A DNA stretch of 32,000 bases from the NCBI RefSeq assembly GCF_003966335.1, contig NZ_CP034549.1, positions 2,550,001 through 2,582,000 on the forward strand, written 5' to 3'. The notes below the pieces were generated by a model. The model worked only from the letters and a program-made list of their open reading frames with translations, searched no databases and had not been told where the DNA came from. How positions within the stretch are numbered: position 1 is the first letter of the stretch; each line of letters begins with the position of its first letter. Below, one piece after another: positions 17,199-25,300 of this stretch. This DNA comes from Nonlabens ponticola (lineage in GTDB: Bacteria; Bacteroidota; Bacteroidia; Flavobacteriales; Flavobacteriaceae). Position numbers and translations under genes: made by a program.

Positions 17199-17247
17199 CA
17201 GTTACCCTATCAGTTACCCTTCATGACTTTGATTATTCAAGGGTAAC
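17199..17247. repeat. CAGTTACCCT x2 direct (12-bp phase) plus one inverted AGGGTAAC; candidate integrase/att binding sites
   Basis: CAGTTACCCT at 17199-17208 and 17211-17220. AGGGTAAC at 17240-17247. GTTACCCTA recurs at 21378-21386, at the far end of the right-hand backbone. Confidence 0.5.
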
Positions 17248-17254
17248 CAATTCT

Positions 17255-17288
17255 TAGGGAATCATAGGGAATCCCTAGCTATACCTGG
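17255..17288 (+). promoter_or_regulatory. 34-nt dyad element, copy 1 (TAGGGAAT-CA-TAGGGAAT-C-CCTAGCTATACCT)
   Basis: 28/34 identical to 19583-19616. Contains the TAGGG-AAT-CCCTA dyad. Lies 41 nt upstream of the integrase B ATG. Confidence 0.55.
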
Positions 17289-17298
17289 CGTTTACTGA

Positions 17299-17306
17299 TA
17301 ATTTTG
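17299..17306 (+). promoter_or_regulatory. Bacteroidota -7 promoter box TAATTTTG
   Basis: Exact match to the TAnnTTTG consensus described for Bacteroides sigma-A-type promoters, 21 nt upstream of the ATG at 17328. Confidence 0.4.
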
Positions 17307-17327
17307 AAAATAATTAAACAGTAACCT

Positions 17328-18548
17328 ATGATTAAAACTTATTTCTACCTCAAAGCAGACAAGCAAAACAGTAAAGGTGAATCAGCTATATACGCTAAAA
17401 TGAAGTTGCGTAAAAAAACCTCAACACTAAGCACTGGGAAGTATATTGATAAAGCCCGTTGGGAAGCTACTAACAAACTTAAAAATACCTTACGTGTAAC
17501 CCGTGAGAAAAACTGTCAAACAACTTTAAAACTACTAGAATCTAAAATTGAATCGATTTATCTAGAATTGGTAAAGGTGGATGCAGATGTTACTCTAACC
17601 GATATAAAGAATCAGTTAAAGGGGAAACAGTCCAAAACCTATGACCTAGATGTCTTAGAACTTTTCCAGAAGCATAACGATTATTTTAAACGTAAATACG
17701 AAGCTGGTGAACGAACAAAGGCTTCTTTGCAGAAGTATAATAGGGCAAAAGACCTTATATCAAACTTCATATATGAAAAATACAGGAAAAAGCGATACAA
17801 TGTCACCGACATTGACAGTGCATTTATTTATGAACTAGACGATTTTTTGAGACACGAATCGGTTTTCCAAAGTGTTACAGGCATCAGTCATAATTCAGTT
17901 GTGAAATATTTTCAATGCTTTAAAACCATGTGTAAATACGGCATCAAAAGAAACATCATCGACCGAAATCCCTTTATTGTTTACGACGAAAAACTTATTA
18001 TAAGAGATGCTGTTTTCCTGACGCAGGATGAGCTAAAACGAATAGAAGATAAAACGTTTAGCACTGAACGTCTTAATCGAGTAAAGGATATATTTCTTTT
18101 TTCTTGTTATACCAGTTATGCACCTATTGACGTTGATAATTTAACCATAAAGAACCTCATTAAGGATAACCAAGGTACATTATGGATTAAGACAAATAGA
18201 GCTAAAACAGCGATAAAATCTAATGTACCCGTTTTACCACCAGTAAAACGGATTCTTGACAAATATTCTCATCTCGAAGGTGAGAAACTACTACCATCAA
18301 TAAGCAATCAGAAGATTAATGAGTATTTAAAGGAAATAGCCGTATTGTGCAAAATAGATAAGAAACTTACTCATTATGTTGCTAGACATACCTTTGCTAC
18401 AACCGTAACTTTGGGTAATGGTGTAGCCATTGAAAACGTTTCTTCAATGATGGGGCATTCAAAAATCACTATGACACAACACTATGCAAAGGTTCTTGAT
18501 AGTAGTGTGAAAAATGATATGGAGAAGCTAAAATTAAAGCTTGCATAG
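17328..18548 (+). CDS. tyrosine recombinase / integrase, apparently without canonical Arg I (IntDOT-like)
   Basis: HYVARHTFATT (HxxR) and MMGHSKITMTQHYAKV (His plus Tyr) are present. Where integrase A has TGCRFGEL, this protein has TSYAPIDV, so Ala replaces the box I Arg in my alignment. Confidence 0.85.
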   Translation: MIKTYFYLKADKQNSKGESAIYAKMKLRKKTSTLSTGKYIDKARWEATNKLKNTLRVTREKNCQTTLKLLESKIESIYLELVKVDADVTLTDIKNQLKGKQSKTYDLDVLELFQKHNDYFKRKYEAGERTKASLQKYNRAKDLISNFIYEKYRKKRYNVTDIDSAFIYELDDFLRHESVFQSVTGISHNSVVKYFQCFKTMCKYGIKRNIIDRNPFIVYDEKLIIRDAVFLTQDELKRIEDKTFSTERLNRVKDIFLFSCYTSYAPIDVDNLTIKNLIKDNQGTLWIKTNRAKTAIKSNVPVLPPVKRILDKYSHLEGEKLLPSISNQKINEYLKEIAVLCKIDKKLTHYVARHTFATTVTLGNGVAIENVSSMMGHSKITMTQHYAKVLDSSVKNDMEKLKLKLA

Positions 18549-18585
18549 TTTTTTATCTTTATAGACTTGAACATTCTTAGATTTT

Positions 18586-19575
18586 ATGAAGGAAGTAAGA
18601 AAATTATCAGAAATAAACGCAGTCTTAGAAGAGACTATAAAATTGGAAATCACGTATAACGCTTCAATTCAAAATTTTACGTATAACGACTATTGGGTAA
18701 ACGAGATTCAGCGCTCATATTTTGATAATAGAATTGCAAAACTTGATAAAAAAATAGACAAAGTAATTGACCTTAATGAAAAAGGACATATCGCATATAT
18801 ACAAGGAGTTAATCAAACCATTAAAACCAAATTGGTAGAACTGTACGAGCTAAAATTAGATGACCTAAAAGACATAGATTATCAAAAACAAGGCTGGGAT
18901 GTTTACTTGACTTATCCGCAAAATCCACCGAAAAATAGTAGCATAGAATTATGGGAACAAATACCTGAATCAGGTTCAGATGACCGACAAGAGTATATTT
19001 TACAGATAGTCGGTTCTTTTTACAATTTCGGTTATGATGCCGTTAATAGCATGAGCCAGAGTAACATGAACGACTTGCTTCTTGACAAATATGATTTACA
19101 GCAGATGGATTTACAACTTTCTTATGCAAAAGCACATTTAGTATTTATATTAAAATTACATGGTCAAATACTAAAATCACTTCACCAAAAATTTCAGGAT
19201 ATCCTAAACCTATTTAATAAGTTGTCAAAATTTGAAAATGGTGATTTTACTTTAGGTAACGAAATCAAGAAAAAACAAGGGAAACTGTATTACAAAGGAG
19301 CAAAATATGAACTCGCCTTTTTGTTTAATTTCTTGTATGATTTTGGGTACATAACAGGAAGTACTAGAAGAAGTGATTCAAAAACATATATCAAACATTT
19401 TTTAGACGAAAGCGAAACTTATTTTTTTAAAGGTCAAGAACCTACAAAAATTCTTGCTATTGAAAAAGAGTTCGGGAGAATAGGTAATGGTGAAGGACAC
19501 GTTGGTAAGGAAATTAAGTTTATAGAAAAATTAATTGATAAACTATATGAACGTTTAGAAAAGCTCAAAGGTTAA
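18586..19575 (+). CDS. hypothetical protein (329 aa)
   Basis: Long ORF 37 nt after the integrase. No catalytic motif. The C-terminal segment resembles that of the 364-aa protein in the left arm. Confidence 0.6.
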   Translation: MKEVRKLSEINAVLEETIKLEITYNASIQNFTYNDYWVNEIQRSYFDNRIAKLDKKIDKVIDLNEKGHIAYIQGVNQTIKTKLVELYELKLDDLKDIDYQKQGWDVYLTYPQNPPKNSSIELWEQIPESGSDDRQEYILQIVGSFYNFGYDAVNSMSQSNMNDLLLDKYDLQQMDLQLSYAKAHLVFILKLHGQILKSLHQKFQDILNLFNKLSKFENGDFTLGNEIKKKQGKLYYKGAKYELAFLFNFLYDFGYITGSTRRSDSKTYIKHFLDESETYFFKGQEPTKILAIEKEFGRIGNGEGHVGKEIKFIEKLIDKLYERLEKLKG

Positions 19576-19582
19576 TCGAATC

Positions 19583-19616
19583 TAGGGAATGTTAGGGACA
19601 ACCTAGCTATACCTAG
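19583..19616 (+). promoter_or_regulatory. 34-nt dyad element, copy 2 (TAGGGAAT-GT-TAGGGACA-A-CCTAGCTATACCT)
   Basis: Shares TAGGGAAT and an exact 13-mer CCTAGCTATACCT (19602-19614) with 17274-17286. Lies 47 nt upstream of the ATG at 19662. Confidence 0.55.
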
Positions 19617-19661
19617 TTTAAACCAGAATATTTGCATCATAACAATTAATAAAAATATATT

Positions 19662-19955
19662 ATGATGACAGAAGAATCAAAAATTTCAATTATTCCATTT
19701 GGAGAGCTAAGAAAGCTCTTCTTACCGCTTCACGACAAGTTGTCCCAACTTGAAACCAAACTTGATAAGACAAGCTCTAATCAAGTAAAAAAGTACTATC
19801 GTAATAAAGATTTGAAGTTACTGTTTGGTATATCTCAAAATACCATTATCAAGTATAGAAACAATGGCAATATACCATTCACTACGATTGGTGATGTTTA
19901 CCTATATCCTGTTGAGGAAATTGATAAAGTCTTATCTAAAAATTGGGTTGAGTAA
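19662..19955 (+). CDS. excisionase-like helix-turn-helix protein (97 aa)
   Basis: YYRNKDLKLLFGISQNTIIKYRNNGNIPFTTIGDVYLYPVEEIDKVL has the same HTH-plus-wing pattern as the 14166-14471 protein. Confidence 0.6.
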   Translation: MMTEESKISIIPFGELRKLFLPLHDKLSQLETKLDKTSSNQVKKYYRNKDLKLLFGISQNTIIKYRNNGNIPFTTIGDVYLYPVEEIDKVLSKNWVE

Positions 19956-21400
19956 TGTCATTAAAATTCTTTTTACCGCAAAGATTACTAGAACGATTAC
20001 ACGATAGGCTAAACGATATTCAACCTAGCAGAAATCAAATTAATTCGTTGGATGAAGACTTGAAACCATTAAACTATAAAATAGAAAAATTCTATTGGTT
20101 ATTGGCGATACTATTTGACCCAAAAGGAAACGGCCTTAAAGAAGTGATGATTAAAGGTTTTACATTTGTGCCTCTATCATCAGAATATTTAACTAATATT
20201 ATTGGAAATGACTACGCATTTTATATTAGATATTTACAAAATCAAGGTTTTATTTTAAGTGATAATACTTACTTACGTGGTAAATGTAAATATTATCATT
20301 TATACAGTTCGTATATAAATTACAATAGTAAGAATATATCCTATTGTTATATAGATGAGGTTAACAACATTAGTGAAACTCCTATAAACATTAGAGTTAT
20401 AGGTGATAGTAAAAAGGGGAAAGAAAGTAATTGTATTGAAGTTACTATTACTCCAAATTCTAGTTTGTACGAAAGCAAAAAAAAGAAGTATGACTTACAA
20501 ACTGATAGGAAAAAGAAGTTAGCAAAACATGTTAAAAACGATATGTGGAAGCATTATACAAAAACAATGGTTCTCGATATTGAGCAAGCAGAAAAATATT
20601 GTTTTGATTTTCAAAGAAATTGCACCGAAATATTAGAAAATAAATATCGAGAAGGTAGGATTGACCGTGATAAACTTATAAATGCAAAAGCAATACTTCA
20701 AAACAAATACCTAAACAGGATTTCGTCTGTAAGTAATTTGAAGAACCCAAAAAAAGACAAATCGTGGTTGTACAGTAGGAAAGGTAAGAGCAGAAGGTTG
20801 AATACAAATCTGACGATGATGGCAAGTGACCTAAGACCTTTCATAATTGGCTATGAAAATATGTCATATTTAGACCTTTCTAACTCCCAACCTGTACTTT
20901 TTAACGTAACGCTTCAATCATTAAAAGAAACGGCATCAGGTAGTCTGAAAATGGAAATTGACAGGTACTTTCAAATTACTATAGAAGGTAGATGGTATGA
21001 AGAATTATGTGACATTTTTAAATGCAATAGAAAAACAGCAAAACAGTATTGGATGCTTATAGCTTACTCAAAAAATAACGAATGTCGACGCCTTAAAAAT
21101 AAGTTTAGAAACAGTTTTCCAGAAGTATATTCAATTATAGAACAACAGAAAAAAGATAATTACACAAAATTTTCCATCGGCTTACAAAAAATCGAAAGCC
21201 AAATTTTTATCGATGTCATTTGCAAACGATTAGTGGAAAATGACATTCTACCATTATCCATTCACGATGGAGTATTAGTGGATAGAAATTATACAGAAAA
21301 AACGTATAAGATAATGACCGATGCTTTATGTGAATACATTGGAGCTATTCCAGTTATTGATATAAACGGTGTAAAACGTTACCCTAAAATTGCAGGTTAA
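19955..21400 (+). CDS. 481-aa protein with family-A DNA polymerase-like motifs A, B and C in its C-terminal 190 aa
   Basis: LRPFIIG...YLDLSNSQPVLF against PolI RRAFIA...ADYSQIELR. NRKTAKQYWMLIAYS is in register with RRSAKAINFGLIYG. GLQKIESQIFIDVICKRL...LSIHDGVLV against MQGTAADIIKRAM...QVHDELVFE. The start overlaps the upstream stop by 1 nt. Confidence 0.5.
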   Translation: MSLKFFLPQRLLERLHDRLNDIQPSRNQINSLDEDLKPLNYKIEKFYWLLAILFDPKGNGLKEVMIKGFTFVPLSSEYLTNIIGNDYAFYIRYLQNQGFILSDNTYLRGKCKYYHLYSSYINYNSKNISYCYIDEVNNISETPINIRVIGDSKKGKESNCIEVTITPNSSLYESKKKKYDLQTDRKKKLAKHVKNDMWKHYTKTMVLDIEQAEKYCFDFQRNCTEILENKYREGRIDRDKLINAKAILQNKYLNRISSVSNLKNPKKDKSWLYSRKGKSRRLNTNLTMMASDLRPFIIGYENMSYLDLSNSQPVLFNVTLQSLKETASGSLKMEIDRYFQITIEGRWYEELCDIFKCNRKTAKQYWMLIAYSKNNECRRLKNKFRNSFPEVYSIIEQQKKDNYTKFSIGLQKIESQIFIDVICKRLVENDILPLSIHDGVLVDRNYTEKTYKIMTDALCEYIGAIPVIDINGVKRYPKIAG

Positions 21401-21481
21401 TAATATTACAATCTAAAATTTTAGTATTCATTTATTTTTCTCTTAGATGTTGAATAGTTAAAACGGAGATATTAATATTAA

Positions 21482-21503
21482 AAAAGGTATCATAATACCT
21501 TTT
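21482..21503. terminator. weak AT-rich hairpin downstream of the 481-aa gene
   Basis: AAAAGGTAT, loop CATA, ATACCTTTT. A 9-bp stem with only two G-C pairs, flanked by A-run and T-run, so usable in either direction. Confidence 0.35.
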
Positions 21504-21843
21504 GCAGGTCGAGTTTACCCGTACGCTAAATGACCGAAAAAAATTATTTGGAACATAGAGGGCGTGCAATTGGAACATTTAAGTAACAAATAGTAAGAAG
21601 GGTGATGACTGGAGACTGTTTTAATTTAAACCGCTAGCCTCATTGGAGAGCTCAAACACTCCACCTCGAATAGTAAGGGTAATTGGATATTCCTCTTGAG
21701 GTAGTGACACTCCATCACTAATTAGTAATCAGAATAGTCTGCTACCTCATTATAGTTTACGCTTAAATAATTTTCGAGTTGCTCCTTGAGCAAAGGCATA
21801 AATTGTATGGTGGTTTCGTTTACTTCTTACTTAATCTGTAGGT

Positions 21844-22047
21844 TTAGTTATTATAGTTTCTTTTTGGTGCAAAGTCCTTAACTATACAATTGTGAATCTT
21901 CCATTTCCCGTTTGATTTTGATAATAAGGACGGTTGGTTCTTATATTTTTTTTTCAGTTCAAGTAATCTGTACCTGACGGTTCTCTCGCTTATATTAAAG
22001 AACTCCATTATCTCAGTACTGGTGTAATAGGTTTTAGATTTTATCAT
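21844..22047 (-). CDS. small helix-turn-helix DNA-binding protein (67 aa)
   Basis: YYTSTEIMEFFNISERTVRYRLLELKKKY is a typical AlpA/Xis-type HTH. It is the only minus-strand gene in the right arm and is divergent from the XRE gene. Confidence 0.55.
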   Translation of the reverse strand: MIKSKTYYTSTEIMEFFNISERTVRYRLLELKKKYKNQPSLLSKSNGKWKIHNCIVKDFAPKRNYNN

Positions 22048-22131
22048 ATTTTGAATGCTTTATGATAAATAGTAGGCACCTGCATAAAACACAAACTAAT
22101 TATTCTTTTTTTAAGATACTTTTTAAAACAA

Positions 22132-22144
22132 CTCATTTAATGAG
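22132..22144. promoter_or_regulatory. 13-bp palindrome CTCATT-T-AATGAG, candidate operator between the divergent HTH genes
   Basis: Exact dyad 40 nt upstream of the ATG at 22185. Confidence 0.35.
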
Positions 22145-22184
22145 ATATACCTTCTATTTTTATTCCATATAAATCCCCCATTAT

Positions 22185-22373
22185 ATGAATCGTATTAAAC
22201 TCGTACTCCAAGAAAAAGGAGTTATACAAACATGGTTAGCTATCAAGCTGGATAAGAGCTATAATATGGTGAATAGTTATGTAGCTAACAGAAGACAGCC
22301 CAGCGTTGAGGTTTTGTATAAAATCGCTGATTTGTTAGACGTTAGTGTAAAAGATTTATTAACTGACAACTAA
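22185..22373 (+). CDS. XRE/Cro-C1-type HTH regulator (62 aa), possible controller protein of the downstream operon
   Basis: IKLVLQEKGVIQTWLAIKLDKSYNMVNSYVANRRQPSVEVLYKIADLLDVSVKDLL is a canonical HTH_3 pattern. Ends 6 nt before the SNF2 gene. Confidence 0.8.
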   Translation: MNRIKLVLQEKGVIQTWLAIKLDKSYNMVNSYVANRRQPSVEVLYKIADLLDVSVKDLLTDN

Positions 22374-22379
22374 TATTAA

Positions 22380-25300
22380 ATGCAACTAATCAATAATCAG
22401 GACTCCTTATTACTGGATGTTCTTAAGAGCAAAATTAACGCTCAATCCAATATTTCCATAAGCTGTAACTATTTTACCTCATTTGCTTTATTTGAGCTGA
22501 TTGATGTTCTCAAAAGTGCATCTAAAGTTGAGGTCTTGTTGGACTTTCAACCAGAGAAGGAAGAGGAATTCAAGTTTATTCAAAGCGATTCAGAGAAAAA
22601 ATTGAACCTGAAACTAGATAGAAAGAACCGAATTACTCAGGTTCTAAAACTCCTTGCAGATAAGATTCAGATACGTAAAGGTGGTACTGGAAACCAAAAC
22701 CTTGTAATCGTTGAAAACGAAAATATATCGACTTGTTATTTACTAACTCCTTTGAATTTGGATTCTGTAAGCCTAGGCGTATTACCCTCAGAGCTACCTG
22801 TATTCATAAATTCTTTTGACGACCCTAACAACCAGTATTTGGGTTTATTCCAAAATTCATGGAACAACAGCAGCTTATCGCTCAATGATACCATAATAGC
22901 AAAACTAGAAAAAGGCACCCGTGATTATACGGGTGAAGAAATCTACAAATACTGCATCCGTGAGATATTTCAATACTCTACCATAAATGAAAGAGCTGAT
23001 GAAAAACTTCAAAAAGTAGGTTTCAAAGATTCTAAAATATGGAGCCTGCTATACAATTTTCAGAAGGATGCTGTAATAGGGGCAATTGAGAAAATTGAAA
23101 CATATGGTGGTTGTATTATAGCAGATTCGGTAGGTCTTGGAAAGACATTTGAAGGACTGGCGGTGATGAAATATTACCAGTTACGAAATGATAGAATATT
23201 AGTTTTAGCCCCTAAAAAACTACGCGAAAACTGGACAGTCTACCAGATGAATGATAAGAGAAATATCCTTGCTCAAGACCGTTTGAACTATGATGTTCTC
23301 AATCACACTGATTTATCCCGTAATAAAGGTAAGTCTGGAGACATAGACCTTGAAATGATTAATTGGGGAAATTATGACTTAGTCGTTATAGATGAATCCC
23401 ACAACTTCAGGAACAACCCTACAAAGAGAGGAATGACAAGGTACAAGCGTTTGATGAATGATGTTATCAAGTCAAATATTAGAACTAAGGTTCTTATGTT
23501 ATCTGCCACGCCTGTCAATAATAAAATGAATGACCTGAAGAATCAAATCGCCTTCATTACAGAAGGTGATGATGAAGCTTTCATGTCCCATGGGATAGAT
23601 AGCATCAGTCAGGTGATGAAGGATTCCCAACGCCGATTTACGCAATGGTTTAGAGATGGTGACCCTGATGACTTGAATGTAAACTCCTTAATGGAAAGTC
23701 TTGATGGGGCTTATTTTAGAATTCTGGATATGCTCACCATCGCAAGGTCTAGAAAGCATATTGAAAAATATTATGACACCACTAATATTGGGAAGTTCCC
23801 TAACAGACTTAAACCTGATACGGTTCATCCTGAGATAGATACTCACGGAAAATTCAAAAATATTGGACAAGTGTACGATGAGATTAGTACGCTTACACTT
23901 GCCTCTTATACACCTCTCGGATATGTTAGAGCAGACAAGCGTGACTATTATGAACAGAAGTATGATATGCAAACGCACACAGGTAGTGTTTTTAAGCAAG
24001 TAGACCGTGAGCAGAGTTTGATATATCTTATGAGAGTAAATCTATTAAAACGTCTAGAAAGCTCTATATACTCCTTTAAATTAACCACAAAAAAGCTTAT
24101 TGAATTAGTAGACAGCAATCTTAAACAGCTTAGAGAACATCAAAATGGTGAAGTGGACTACGACCTCAACATTACTGATATAGATTTAGATGACACAGAA
24201 CTGGATGACCTTCTTATAGGCGGTAAAACTAAAGTGCTAATTCAAGATATTGATACGATACGCTGGAGACAGGACTTAGAACATGATAAACATATTCTGA
24301 CTCAATTATTGGGTAGCATCAAGCTTATAGATGTGGAACGTGATGCAAAGCTCAAAGAATTGAAAGACCGCTTATCTATAAAAATTGATAATCAACCGTA
24401 CAATACGGGTAACAAAAAAGCTATCATTTTTACAGCGTTTGCTGACACAGCAAATTACTTGTATGATGAACTTAGCGACTGGCTCAAGACAGAAAAAGGA
24501 CTTCATACAGCTTTAGTAACTGGCTCAGGTACGAACAAAACTAATATGCCAAAGTGTAGAAGTGACTTGAGTTCTATCCTAACTAACTTTTCCCCTCGTT
24601 CAAAGAACAGGAAAGATATTTTTCCTGATGAGAAAAATGAAATTGATATTCTATTTTGTACAGACTGTATTTCAGAAGGTCAAAACCTTCAAGATTGCGA
24701 TTATCTGGTAAACTATGATATACATTGGAATCCAGTACGCATCATTCAACGTTTTGGACGTATCGACCGTATCGGTTCTATTAATGAAAATATACAGTTG
24801 GTGAACTTCTTCCCTTCCATGGAATTAGACCAGTTTATTGATTTGGTAGCTCGTGTACAGGGTCGTATGGTGATGCTTGATGTAAGCGCCACTGGTGAAG
24901 ACAATGTAATAAGCAAATCAAATCGAGAGATGCAGGATTTGGATTATCGCAAGCGACAACTCAAACAATTACAAAACCAAGTGCTAGACCTTGAAGATAT
25001 TGATGGTAATATTTCTATTACCGATATGACCTTCAATGATTTTAAAATTGATTTAGAGAAAAGCTCAGACAGACAGCTTTCCGACCTCAACGACATTCCA
25101 CCTGCTTCTTATGCTGTTGTAAAGTCAAACCTCAACGAGATTAAGGATGGTGTAATATTCTGTTTAAAAGATACCAGTGCTGACTTCAAGGAAAAGCTCA
25201 AGAACAATATTTTGTATCCTTACTTTCTGGTATACCTCAGCATGGATGGTAAGACTATCGTAACAGCGTCGCAGACTAAGAAAGCCTTAGACTACTTCCG

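Larger units (their letters stand above)
17199..21503 (+). mobile_element. backbone of right integrative element: integrase, unknown, Xis-like HTH, PolA-like protein
   Basis: Gene content and order. GTTACCCT-type repeats lie at 17199-17247 and GTTACCCTA at 21378-21386. Whether the operon from 22185 onward is cargo or a separate island is unresolved. Confidence 0.35.

Noticed and set aside
16922-17327. Chromosomal replication origin, suggested by the strand switch of all genes at this point
   Set aside because: I found no DnaA-box-like TTATCCACA motifs and no dnaA/dnaN nearby. Two divergent integrases explain the polarity switch more simply.
21630-21670. tRNA-like D-arm resemblance (TAGCCTCATTGGAGAGC)
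   Set aside because: I could not build a cloverleaf. There is no 4-bp D stem, no 5-bp/7-nt anticodon stem-loop and no T-arm downstream.
21401-21843. Retron msr/msd or other RT-associated ncRNA
   Set aside because: No reverse transcriptase gene occurs anywhere in the window, and the flanking a1/a2-type inverted repeats expected for a retron are not evident.
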